A stretch of DNA of 64,000 nt, taken from an uncultured Alphaproteobacteria bacterium (GTDB taxonomy: Bacteria; Pseudomonadota; Alphaproteobacteria; UBA3830; CAYLKK01). Both the position numbers and the translations under genes were made by a program. The notes below the pieces were generated by a model. The model saw nothing but the letters and a program-made list of their open reading frames with translations. It did no database searches and was not told where the DNA came from. Shown piece after piece: positions 8,061-17,453 of the stretch (positions are counted from its first letter, which is position 1; each line of letters starts with the position of its first letter). The stretch covers positions 86,159 through 150,158 of the forward strand of contig CAZMHS010000001.1 of the NCBI GenBank assembly GCA_964566185.1. Reading direction: 5' to 3'.

Positions 8061-9611
8061 ATGAATATAATGAAGGCTGTTGCGACTGTTGGTGGGTGGA
8101 CTCTGGTCTACAGAATTACCAGCATAATTCGTGACGCTATGCAGATGGCTGCTCTTGGAGCTGGACCTTTTGCTGATGCGTTTGCTGTTGCATTTAAACT
8201 GGCGAACATTTTAAGAAAGATGTTTGCTGAGGGTGCGTTTAATGCTTCGTTCTTACCGATATTTTCTTCATGTTTGAAGGCTGAAGGGAAGGAGGAAGCG
8301 TCGAAGTTAGCTAGTCAGATATTGACTTTGCTGACGATCATTGTATCTATTGTTACGTTATTTTGTATGTACAATGTTGACGTAATTATTGGGGCATACG
8401 CTAAAGGTTTTCCTCCAGGGTCTGAGAAAATGACGAACGCTATTTCGTTTGGACGAATTTGCTTTCCGTTCGTTGCAGCTTCGTTTGTTGCTGCATTATT
8501 TGGTGGCGTGTTAAATACTGTAAATAGATTTGCGATGCCTGCTGCTGCACAGCTGTCTCTCAATATCTGTGTTATCGGAGCGGTTTATATAGGAGCTCTT
8601 CACTTTCCAAGCGTTGCATACACAATGTGTTGGGGAACGCTTCTTGCCGGCGTAATACAGGTGGCTCTATTATGGTGGAATGTAAGGAAATTAGGTTTTA
8701 AAATAGGGTTTTCATCGTGCAAGTGGACAAAAGATGTTTCTGCTTTCTTTAAGAAATTATTATCTGGTGCTCTTGGAGCTGGCGTGTGGCAAGTTAATAT
8801 TGTTATCGACATTAGTATGGCGTCACTTTTACCTACAGGTGGGATAACATATTTATATGCAACTGAGCATCTTAATGCTTTTCCTCTTGGAATTTTAGGA
8901 TTAGCTTTCAGTACCGCGTTGTTACCTCCATTAACAAAGGCTGTGAAGGCTGGTAATATTAGTGATGCAAAAGCACAACTGAATCTTGGTTTGTTGTTTG
9001 CTCTTCTCTTAACGATGCCTGCTGTTGTCATTCTGTGTACTATGAATACTCCTATTATCGACGTTTTTTATGGGTACGGAAATTTTGGACAACAGCAAGT
9101 TCTTGCTGCCGCTCCGGCGTTAGCTGCCTTTGCTGCTGGTTTACCTGCTTATATGTTAACAAAAGTGTTTTCTAGCGCATTTTTTGCTCACAAAAATACG
9201 AAAACTCCATTCAGAGGCGGTATAATATCGATTGTTGTTAACGTCATTTTTATTTGGTTGTTGCTGCCGATATTTAAACATAATGGAATTGCTTTAGCAA
9301 CGTCCATTTCAGCTTGGGCTAATGCATTCTATTTGTGGTGGAGTTTGCGGACATTAGATGGAATGACTATTAAGTGGAAAACATGGGGGCAATTTATATT
9401 GCAATGCGGCGTTTCTGCTGTGATGTTAGCTTCTGTCATGTTTATGAATGAATATGCCGCTGCCAATCATTTGTATGCTGGTGGAAAGTTCCAATCAGTT
9501 GTTACGTTAGCTGTTAGTGTTGCTGCTAGTATTTTAGTCTTCATCGCAGTAGGAAAAGTTTTTGGAATCTTTTCATTTATGAAAGACTTTAAGTCTGTTG
9601 CGAAAGATTAA
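8061..9611 (+). CDS. murJ: lipid II flippase MurJ (MviN)
   Basis: 516 aa and polytopic. The N-terminus is typical of MurJ (TLVYRITSIIRDAMQMAALGAGPFADAFAVAFKLANILRKMFAEGAFNASFLPIFS). Confidence 0.9.
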   Translation: MNIMKAVATVGGWTLVYRITSIIRDAMQMAALGAGPFADAFAVAFKLANILRKMFAEGAFNASFLPIFSSCLKAEGKEEASKLASQILTLLTIIVSIVTLFCMYNVDVIIGAYAKGFPPGSEKMTNAISFGRICFPFVAASFVAALFGGVLNTVNRFAMPAAAQLSLNICVIGAVYIGALHFPSVAYTMCWGTLLAGVIQVALLWWNVRKLGFKIGFSSCKWTKDVSAFFKKLLSGALGAGVWQVNIVIDISMASLLPTGGITYLYATEHLNAFPLGILGLAFSTALLPPLTKAVKAGNISDAKAQLNLGLLFALLLTMPAVVILCTMNTPIIDVFYGYGNFGQQQVLAAAPALAAFAAGLPAYMLTKVFSSAFFAHKNTKTPFRGGIISIVVNVIFIWLLLPIFKHNGIALATSISAWANAFYLWWSLRTLDGMTIKWKTWGQFILQCGVSAVMLASVMFMNEYAAANHLYAGGKFQSVVTLAVSVAASILVFIAVGKVFGIFSFMKDFKSVAKD

Positions 9612-9631
9612 GTATATAATCTTTTTCATAA

Positions 9632-9665
9632 ACGCATGAGATAGATTTATCTTGTGCGTTTTTTC
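9632..9665 (+). terminator. rho-independent terminator after murJ
   Basis: ACGCATGAGAT (9632-9642), loop AGATTT, ATCTTGTGCGT (9649-9659) give an 11-bp stem with two G-U pairs, followed by TTTTT (9660-9664). Confidence 0.7.
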
Positions 9666-9731
9666 TTATTTTGTAACGTTACTTTAACGTTTTTACGTCA
9701 TAATACTCTCGATATACTGCCGGAGTTTGTC

Positions 9732-10415
9732 GTGAAATGCGTTGCTGTATTGATACCGTGTTATAACGAAGCAACAACAATTTACAGCGTCGTAAGACGT
9801 TTTCAAAGAGTGCTTCCAAACGCTCTAATATACGTATACGATAATTCATCTAACGACGCAACATGTTATGAAGCTAAAAGGGCAGGGGCCATAGTTCGTT
9901 ATGAATTAAAGCAAGGAAAAGGTAATGTCGTAAAATCAATGTTTAATGACATTAATGCTGATATTTACGTTACTATAGATGGAGATATGACTTACAATAT
10001 CGACGATGCACCCAAAATGATAGAGATGCTAGAAAATGAAAATCTTGATATGGTTGTTGCTGCAAGACAAAAAGTTGATAAAAATTCGTTCCCAAAATAT
10101 CATGAGTTCGGCAATAAAGTGTATAACTGTTTGATGCGATTGATGTTCGGAGGCGAGTTTACAGATATATTTTCTGGTTTTAGAGTATTATCGCGTGATT
10201 TTGTGAAATCTTTTCAGATCTCTTCAGAAGAATTTGAAATAGAGGCTGAAATGACGGTTTATAGTTTAATGACAAAAAAACGTTGTAGAGAGATTTCATC
10301 AAAATATTATAATCGCCCTGTTGGGTCTTATAGTAAACTAAGATCTATTCGCGATGGTATGAAAATTTTATTAAAAATGTGTGTTTTATTTTTTCAATAT
10401 AAACTACAAGTATGA
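9732..10415 (+). CDS. family-2 glycosyltransferase (polyprenyl-phosphate sugar synthase-like, soluble type)
   Basis: VAVLIPCYNEATTI, VYDNSSNDAT, GKGNVV and the DxD context TIDGDMTY are present. The ORF-track start at 9654 lies inside the murJ terminator, so I chose GTG 9732, preceded by GGAG (9722-9725). The stop overlaps the next gene (ATGA). Confidence 0.75.
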   Translation: MKCVAVLIPCYNEATTIYSVVRRFQRVLPNALIYVYDNSSNDATCYEAKRAGAIVRYELKQGKGNVVKSMFNDINADIYVTIDGDMTYNIDDAPKMIEMLENENLDMVVAARQKVDKNSFPKYHEFGNKVYNCLMRLMFGGEFTDIFSGFRVLSRDFVKSFQISSEEFEIEAEMTVYSLMTKKRCREISSKYYNRPVGSYSKLRSIRDGMKILLKMCVLFFQYKLQV

Positions 10416-12190
10416 CAAAAATATTTAAGCAAGAAGAAATCGGACTCTTATTCATTTGGGGTGCTATCGTTTGTACATTATTTGTTTATCAACAAAGTAA
10501 TTTAATACCATTTTCCGATACTGATGATTATATGCGTTTGGTATATGTATTGGAATATTTAAATGGGAAACTAGGATGGTATGATCATGTGATAGATAGA
10601 AGTAATGTTCCTTTCGGTTGTGATATACATTGGACACATTTGTACGATATTATTTTGATAGCAGGTACATATATATTTCGGATATTTTTTGATTCTGTAA
10701 AAGAAGCATTGCTGCATTGGGCAATGTTTGTAACTCCAGTGATATCATGTTTTTCAATTGTAATATTTTACAGAATATGTAGAAAATTTTTCAAAAAAGA
10801 GATGAGTTTTATATGTGGAATGCTATTTATGTTAACTCCATATATATGTGCTCAAATGCGTATTTGTAGGCCAGACCATCATGGCTTTTTGATATTACTT
10901 TCATTATTGACGATAAAATATTTTCTTGATTTTCTGAAGTCTGTAAGATCAGAAAGGTTAGATGTATACATTATCCAGGCTGTTAAATTAGGTTTAGCGT
11001 ACTCTCTTGCACTTACAGCTAGTCCAGAGCTGTTGTTAGTTATTGTGCCACTAGAGCTATTTTTCATTATACATTGGATTATTTTTCAGAAATTCACAAA
11101 AGCATTCATGGTTAAATCTATTTCTTGGCTAGTACAAATAGTAATATGCTATTTAGCATTTTCTAGTGATGGCATATATGGAATATCTCACATTGATTAT
11201 GATAAACTATCTATAGTTCATGTATATCTTGCATTTACGTCATCTGTATTTTGGTTTGTATTATATAAACGTGCCTTAATTACTAGGTATATAGATTGTT
11301 GTAATATTCAAAAACGTTTAACTATTGTCGCTTTGATCTGTGTTCCATTAATACTTAGTATTTTATTATTGTTTCCAAAAATAATATATTTAATGTCGGG
11401 TAACATAGACTCAGAAGTTAGGCGATTATGGTTGCCGAATATAAATGAAATGAAATCTCCGTTGAACAATCAGTCTTCATACGTATTTTGGTCATATATT
11501 TTTTTCATATTAATAACAATTATTGGATACGTTTTTTCTTTGTTAAATCTTCGGCACATTAAAAAGCCAAATAAATTGTTGATAATATTTATGTGTAGTT
11601 CTTCAATATTGTATATAATATTTGGCGCTATCAGCTCAAGAACTTTATATTATACAGCAATTTTTGCAATACCGTTTATTACTAATGGATTGTATTGTTT
11701 ATTTTCATCAAAACTTGATAGGAATCGTGGATATTATACGATTTTAGTATTTATATTTAGTATTTATGTTATTCCATTATCTTTGGCACACGACAATGAT
11801 GATGAATACGACACGAAGGCTGTTTATAAAGGTTTAGTTGATTACTTCCAAAAGGTAAAAGAACCAAGTGTAATTTTAACTACAGGTCGGTATGGTCCGA
11901 TCTTGTTGTTTTATACGAATCATAGTGTGGTGTCAAATCATTACCATAGGCAAACATATGGAATTTTAGCTGATTGTACAGTTTTTTTATCTAGATCTGC
12001 TACGCTCGATGATTTAAAAAAAATATTAAAAAAATCGCATGTTTCATACTTGGTTTTCACTAGATCTAGAAAATGTAGCTCTGGTATTTATAAAGCATTG
12101 TTTCATAAACAAGCACCAAAATATCTTGAAATGCAAAAAGCTAACGTTCGTAATGCTATAATATATAAGGTAATACCTAAATACCTATAG
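10412..12190 (+). CDS. polytopic GT-C-fold membrane glycosyltransferase candidate (ArnT/PMT/STT3-like)
   Basis: 592 aa with more than 10 predicted TM helices. An acidic first-loop motif (FSDTDDYMRLVYVLEYL) is reminiscent of ArnT PDETRYAE and STT3 DxD-Y motifs. It has a soluble C-terminal domain, lacks WWDYG, and is translationally coupled to the GT2. Confidence 0.5.
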   Translation: MTKIFKQEEIGLLFIWGAIVCTLFVYQQSNLIPFSDTDDYMRLVYVLEYLNGKLGWYDHVIDRSNVPFGCDIHWTHLYDIILIAGTYIFRIFFDSVKEALLHWAMFVTPVISCFSIVIFYRICRKFFKKEMSFICGMLFMLTPYICAQMRICRPDHHGFLILLSLLTIKYFLDFLKSVRSERLDVYIIQAVKLGLAYSLALTASPELLLVIVPLELFFIIHWIIFQKFTKAFMVKSISWLVQIVICYLAFSSDGIYGISHIDYDKLSIVHVYLAFTSSVFWFVLYKRALITRYIDCCNIQKRLTIVALICVPLILSILLLFPKIIYLMSGNIDSEVRRLWLPNINEMKSPLNNQSSYVFWSYIFFILITIIGYVFSLLNLRHIKKPNKLLIIFMCSSSILYIIFGAISSRTLYYTAIFAIPFITNGLYCLFSSKLDRNRGYYTILVFIFSIYVIPLSLAHDNDDEYDTKAVYKGLVDYFQKVKEPSVILTTGRYGPILLFYTNHSVVSNHYHRQTYGILADCTVFLSRSATLDDLKKILKKSHVSYLVFTRSRKCSSGIYKALFHKQAPKYLEMQKANVRNAIIYKVIPKYL

Positions 12191-12273
12191 TGTAATGTAA
12201 GTATTATATATACTATAGACTTGTGTGTTCTGTGCAATTTATAAAACATTATGAGAAAAGATTGATGCGTCGT

Positions 12274-14772
12274 TTATAGCGACATAATTTCTTTAACTTT
12301 TGTGGCTAAGTCGTTAAGGCTAAATGGTTTTTGCAGAAAATGTATACTAGTATTATCGTCTGCTAAAGATTGCCTGAAGTTATCCTCCGTATATCCAGAA
12401 ATAAATATTACGCGCATTTTTGGTGCAAAATCACTAACGTACCGTATTAATGTAGGTCCATCCATCTTTGGCATTACAACATCTGTTATCATAAGATCTA
12501 TAGATGTTCCATCACTTTTTATGAATTCTAGTGCTGATTCACCATTTTGTGCTTCAATAACGGAATATCCCTTATCACGTAAGGCTCTTGCACAAAATAC
12601 TCTTACTGCGTCTTCATCTTCAACCAACAGAATCTTTCCGTTTCCTGTTAGATCTGCATGTACTATAGTTTCATGGTAAACTTGGTTTTCTTGTACCTCG
12701 CATCGACATTCACATATAGGGAAATAAAGTGTAAACGTCGTGCCTTCTCCGACAGAACTATTTACATTTATGCATCCACCAGTTTGCTTAACGATTCCGT
12801 ATACTGTTGACAGACCAAGACCTGTTCCATGGCCTTTTTCTTTTGTAGAAAAAAACGGATCAAAAATCCTGTTAATAATATCTTCCGGAATTCCGCTACC
12901 TGTGTCAGATATAGAAATTGCTACATACGCGCCTGCTGGCATTTCATCTCCACGGAAGAATCTTTGTTTTTCATTATAAAAATTTTCTACATTAATTTTT
13001 AACTCTCCTCCATTTGGCATAGAATCTCTAGCATTTACGATAAGATTAATAATAACCTGCTCAAACTGGACCTGGTCCACCTTGATACAGCCTACATCAC
13101 GACTATACGTAATAGCTAGTTCTATTTTTGCACCTAACAGTCTACTTAGTAATGATTCTAGATCTACCAGCATACCTGCTACGTTCATTACTTTTGGCTG
13201 TAAAGATTGCTGTCTTGAAAACGCTAACAGTTGGCGCACTAAATTTGATGCTCTATTCGCATTTTGCTTTATCTGCATAATATCAGAAAAAGGCTGGTCT
13301 GTAGGTTTATATTTTCCCAATAGCAAGTCACAATAGCCGATCATTGCTGTTAATAAGTTATTGAAATCATGTGCTATTCCTCCAGCTAATTGGCCAATAG
13401 CTTGCATTTTTTGTGATTGTACAAATTGGTTTTGTAAGTTTTTTCGTTCTGTTATATCTATAAAGTACAGTACTAAACCGTTTTGTGTATTTTCTCCATC
13501 TGTAGTATCTAGTTTATTTGCATACATAGTGATAGTTTTCACTTTGTCATTATTTTTTATCCTAACTTCTATCGGTTTTTCTGACGAATAAACTGCGTTT
13601 AGTAATTCATATAGCTTTTTCTTTACTTCCTCTTTTGAGTCATCTATAACAAAATCTAAAAATGAAACATCTTTCTCGTGGCTTTCATCATAATATCCAG
13701 TAATATCACGAAACGTTTTATTACAAGCGTCAATTATCTCCGCTCCATTTGTAATAGCTATTCCGACAGGTGCGTTTTCAAAAATTTTCTCAAAATATAC
13801 TTTTGTCGTACCTAATACTTCAACGAGCCTGTCGTCAGATTCTTTTGATTTCGTTGCTGAAAAAGCTCTTGTCGATCCATCTTTGCTCATCCATATTTGT
13901 TTTACGATTAATTTACATGATGTTTTTTCTGATTTAAAAACTATGTTCGATGGAATCGATTGTGTTAGCTTATTGCAACCGTTTACTACTGGGAAATGAG
14001 CACTATCGCGCTGAACTACGAAATCTTTTAGGTTTTTGCCAATAACATCGGATTTGTGCATTCCTAGCGCTCTTGCAAACGAAGTGTTGCAAAATGTGAA
14101 AATTCCTTGTTCGTTAATTGCGAAAATTAACTCATCAGAAGAGTTGATCACATCTATAAGGAATGATGTATTTGCGCTTAGCATGTCTAAGCTTTGAAGC
14201 GTTGGGGTCAAATCTGTAATACTCCATAACGTGTATCTTTTAAAGCCGTGGACTGGTGTTGCAAATATCCGCCAACAAACAGAGTTGGTAGCGTCGAGCA
14301 TAAAAGGTACATCGACATGAGCTATACGGCCATTTTCTACTGCATTCATAACGTTTTTTACTGCTGGCATAATTTTATTGTATTTATAAAATAACTCTAA
14401 AAAATCATCGATGTTTCGTATAGAAGCATTTGGAAATAATTCCGTTGCTAGTTTGCTTATAAATACTAATTTGCCAGTGTCTGAAAATATAAAACATGCG
14501 CTTTGTGATGCATCGTAGCTATTAGATATTAGATTTTTTTGAAATGCTAGTAGAGAAACATCTCTACGAGACTCTTTTACTTCCTTTGATAGAGTAAAAG
14601 CCAGTGTCGCGATTAGAAGTAAAATGATTGTGCTAAAAATAGCTCCTTCTAACATACAAGTGCATATTCCGAGAAGTACAAAGAAAGCGAAAATGGCATA
14701 GAAAACAACAATAGTATGTTGGTTTATATGTTTCGATTCGAGCAGTTTTTCTAGATTAAGAAATAAAGCCAT
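12274..14772 (-). CDS. cckA: hybrid sensor histidine kinase (TM + PAS + HisKA + HATPase + receiver), CckA-like
   Basis: Two N-terminal TM helices and PAS-like segments. H-box GGIAHDFNNLLTAMIGYCDLLL, N-box INLIVNARDSMP, G-boxes SDTGSGI and GTGLGLS. C-terminal receiver domain (ILLVEDEDAVR...LMITDVVMPKMDG...ISGY). This architecture equals alphaproteobacterial CckA. Confidence 0.7.
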   Translation of the reverse strand: MALFLNLEKLLESKHINQHTIVVFYAIFAFFVLLGICTCMLEGAIFSTIILLLIATLAFTLSKEVKESRRDVSLLAFQKNLISNSYDASQSACFIFSDTGKLVFISKLATELFPNASIRNIDDFLELFYKYNKIMPAVKNVMNAVENGRIAHVDVPFMLDATNSVCWRIFATPVHGFKRYTLWSITDLTPTLQSLDMLSANTSFLIDVINSSDELIFAINEQGIFTFCNTSFARALGMHKSDVIGKNLKDFVVQRDSAHFPVVNGCNKLTQSIPSNIVFKSEKTSCKLIVKQIWMSKDGSTRAFSATKSKESDDRLVEVLGTTKVYFEKIFENAPVGIAITNGAEIIDACNKTFRDITGYYDESHEKDVSFLDFVIDDSKEEVKKKLYELLNAVYSSEKPIEVRIKNNDKVKTITMYANKLDTTDGENTQNGLVLYFIDITERKNLQNQFVQSQKMQAIGQLAGGIAHDFNNLLTAMIGYCDLLLGKYKPTDQPFSDIMQIKQNANRASNLVRQLLAFSRQQSLQPKVMNVAGMLVDLESLLSRLLGAKIELAITYSRDVGCIKVDQVQFEQVIINLIVNARDSMPNGGELKINVENFYNEKQRFFRGDEMPAGAYVAISISDTGSGIPEDIINRIFDPFFSTKEKGHGTGLGLSTVYGIVKQTGGCINVNSSVGEGTTFTLYFPICECRCEVQENQVYHETIVHADLTGNGKILLVEDEDAVRVFCARALRDKGYSVIEAQNGESALEFIKSDGTSIDLMITDVVMPKMDGPTLIRYVSDFAPKMRVIFISGYTEDNFRQSLADDNTSIHFLQKPFSLNDLATKVKEIMSL

Positions 14773-14852
14773 ACAGAAATATTAAACACCGCAATAACAG
14801 CTTCATACTAACAAATTATGGATAATAACTCAAAAAGAAAAAGTGACGTTAA

Positions 14853-16763
14853 CTAACTCAAAATATAGCTTCTATTTTCTTCTATGTTTTCTGACGGAAG
14901 TTCTCTTAAAAATCTTGATGGTGGATTCGATTGCCACTGGCCGTGGACATTCCTATTTAGTGCATATGTAATCGATAATACGGATTTGGCTCTCGTAATT
15001 CCGACATAGGCTAATCTTCGTTCTTCTTCAAGTGTTCCATCACGCAAGCTGAGATTGTTCGGAAATACTCCGTCTTCGAATCCGCACAGAAATACGGCGT
15101 CAAATTCTAATCCTTTAGAACTATGGATTGTCATTACGTTGACGAGTTCAGAATTATCCACCATATTATGTGTGGCTAGGCTAACATGTTCTAAAAATTC
15201 TCCTAAGTCATTGTATTCTTCAAGTGCCGCTATTAATTCGTTAATATTTTCCTTGCGAGAATCCGCATTTTTATCTTTTTGAAGCGAGTCTAAATATCCA
15301 GAATCTTCGACTATTATTTTAGCAAGAGTTGCTGGCATATAAGAAGATTTTTTCCAATCGTTTACCATTTTTATAAACGAAGATATTGATGTTTTTGCTG
15401 ATGCCCTAACTAAACTATGAGATATAACGTACTCTGCTGCGTCATAAAGTGAACACGAGTTTAGTAACGCTATTTCACGTAATTTACGCAATATGACGTC
15501 TCCTAAGCCGCGTTTTGGCACATTAATCACTCTTTCAAATGCTATGTTATCATTATTTTGATGTACTAGTCGCATGTAAGCAAGAACATCTTTTATTTCG
15601 GATCTTTCATAAAATTTTGGTCCACCTATAACTCGGTAAGGAATATTTGCCTGCAGAAAGACATCCTCAAACTCTCGTGTTTGATAACCTGCTCTTACTA
15701 ACACAGCGATCGTAGAAACTTTCTGCATCTTCAAAACACTAATTTGTTTTGCAACGTATATGGCTTCTTCAAAGCCGGAGTGTAACCTTGTTATTGTTAC
15801 TTTACTTCCTTCTTCATTCGTTGTCCATAGTTGCTTTCCATGTCGATGGCTGTTATGCGAAATTAAACCGTTAGCTGCAGATAAAATATGTCTACACGAA
15901 CGATAATTCTGTTCGAGCCTTAAAATAGACGAATTATGAAAATCTTTTTTAAATCGTAGTATGTTTGCAATTTCTGCTCCGCGCCAACTGTATATAGATT
16001 GATCATCATCGCCAACGCAGCACAACCCATTTCCTGCAGGACATAATTGGCGTAGTAACGTGTACTGTAATGTATTTGTATCTTGATATTCGTCAACTAA
16101 TATGTGCTTGAATTTATTCCTATATTTTTCTAAAATTTCGGCGTTATCTCTGAAAATTGTGATAACGTCGATAATTAGGTCACTAAAATCTACTGCATTA
16201 TACGACAACATCATTTCTTTGTACTTTTTATAAAAAATGATATCTTCCTCTGTAAATTCTGAACTTTCCGCTATTGGTATACAACGGTCTTTCCAGAGAG
16301 TAATTTTATTGATTATACTTCCAGCTAACTTCCGATCTCTATTTTGATCGACTAAAATTTGTTTTGCCAATTTTGTTTGATCATCTACATCAAGTATTGT
16401 AAAATCATTCGTCAAACCAACGAGTTCTGCATGTTTTCTCAGAATTTTTGCTGATATCGCATGGAACGTTCCGACCCAAATGCCTTCCGCTATTGTTGTT
16501 AAACTTCGTATACGAGTATGCATTTCCATTGCAGCTTTATTGCTAAATGTCATTGCTAATATCTGATCAGCTGTGGCGTAAAAATTATTCAATAAATACG
16601 CTATTTTAGTCGTAATAACTTTTGTCTTGCCTGTTCCAGCTCCAGACAACACAAGCAGTGCTCCTGTGTTGTGCATAACAGCCTGTAACTGCTGCTCATT
16701 AAGATCAGCAAGTATATCATTTGTATTTTGAATCGGAACGTAACTCCTTGCTGTGTTGTTCAT
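14853..16763 (-). CDS. uvrD: UvrD/PcrA-type superfamily-1 DNA helicase
   Basis: LNEQQLQAV, Walker A GAGTGKTKV, ILVDEYQDTN, LEQNYRS, TIHSSKGLEFDAVF and LAYVGITRAK are present. Confidence 0.9.
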   Translation of the reverse strand: MNNTARSYVPIQNTNDILADLNEQQLQAVMHNTGALLVLSGAGTGKTKVITTKIAYLLNNFYATADQILAMTFSNKAAMEMHTRIRSLTTIAEGIWVGTFHAISAKILRKHAELVGLTNDFTILDVDDQTKLAKQILVDQNRDRKLAGSIINKITLWKDRCIPIAESSEFTEEDIIFYKKYKEMMLSYNAVDFSDLIIDVITIFRDNAEILEKYRNKFKHILVDEYQDTNTLQYTLLRQLCPAGNGLCCVGDDDQSIYSWRGAEIANILRFKKDFHNSSILRLEQNYRSCRHILSAANGLISHNSHRHGKQLWTTNEEGSKVTITRLHSGFEEAIYVAKQISVLKMQKVSTIAVLVRAGYQTREFEDVFLQANIPYRVIGGPKFYERSEIKDVLAYMRLVHQNNDNIAFERVINVPKRGLGDVILRKLREIALLNSCSLYDAAEYVISHSLVRASAKTSISSFIKMVNDWKKSSYMPATLAKIIVEDSGYLDSLQKDKNADSRKENINELIAALEEYNDLGEFLEHVSLATHNMVDNSELVNVMTIHSSKGLEFDAVFLCGFEDGVFPNNLSLRDGTLEEERRLAYVGITRAKSVLSITYALNRNVHGQWQSNPPSRFLRELPSENIEENRSYILS

Positions 16764-16767
16764 GCGA

Positions 16768-17331
16768 TTATACAGTTAAATTAGACGGATCAATTGTTTT
16801 ATCACCTCTAATCCAACCACATTGACAAAGTTCTCCTGTTTGTAAGGCGTCAAGTACACGCAGTACTTCCTTTGGGTTTCGACCAATTCCCATATCTGTA
16901 ACCATCGCGAATTTGATAATGTTATTTGGATCGACAATAAACAACGCGCGTTTTGCTGCTCCCGATTCATCGTCTAATATTCCAAGACTTGATGATAATG
17001 TCTTTTTAAAGTCAGACATCAATGGGAAGTTTAAGTTATTTAATGGTGTATAATATTTTTTCCAAGCCCAATGCACAAATTCACTGTCTACACTACAACC
17101 TAATATTTGGGTGTTTCTTTCTTTGAATTCGCTTAATAAATTCGCAAAACCGATAATTTCTGTTGGGCAAACAAATGTAAAATCTTTTGGATAAAAAAAG
17201 ATGACCTTCCATCCATCATACGTCGTATCTGATATACTTTTAAACGCATTATCCATACAAAGCTTATCTGCTGGTAGTTCGTTTAATGAAGTTAACGAAA
17301 ATTCAGGAAATCTATCACCAACTGTTAACAT
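16768..17331 (-). CDS. peroxiredoxin (AhpC/TSA family, 2-Cys type)
   Basis: VIFFYPKDFTFVCPTEI is the peroxidatic Cys motif, with GRNPKEVLRVLDALQ and a C-terminal Cys pair (CQCGW). Confidence 0.9.
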   Translation of the reverse strand: MLTVGDRFPEFSLTSLNELPADKLCMDNAFKSISDTTYDGWKVIFFYPKDFTFVCPTEIIGFANLLSEFKERNTQILGCSVDSEFVHWAWKKYYTPLNNLNFPLMSDFKKTLSSSLGILDDESGAAKRALFIVDPNNIIKFAMVTDMGIGRNPKEVLRVLDALQTGELCQCGWIRGDKTIDPSNLTV

Positions 17332-17453
17332 GATTTTACCTCCATAAATAAACAGTAATATTTTAACAGATTTTTCTACTGTATAAAATAGTCTGGGATA
17401 CAGTTATTTGTTGCAAAAATAATTGATTGCTTATATTATAAGCCTGATTATTA

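Noticed and set aside
9654-9731. ORF-track GTG start of the GT2 gene
   Set aside because: The start codon lies inside the murJ terminator hairpin and T-tract. GTG 9732 with an upstream GGAG gives a normal GT2 N-terminus.
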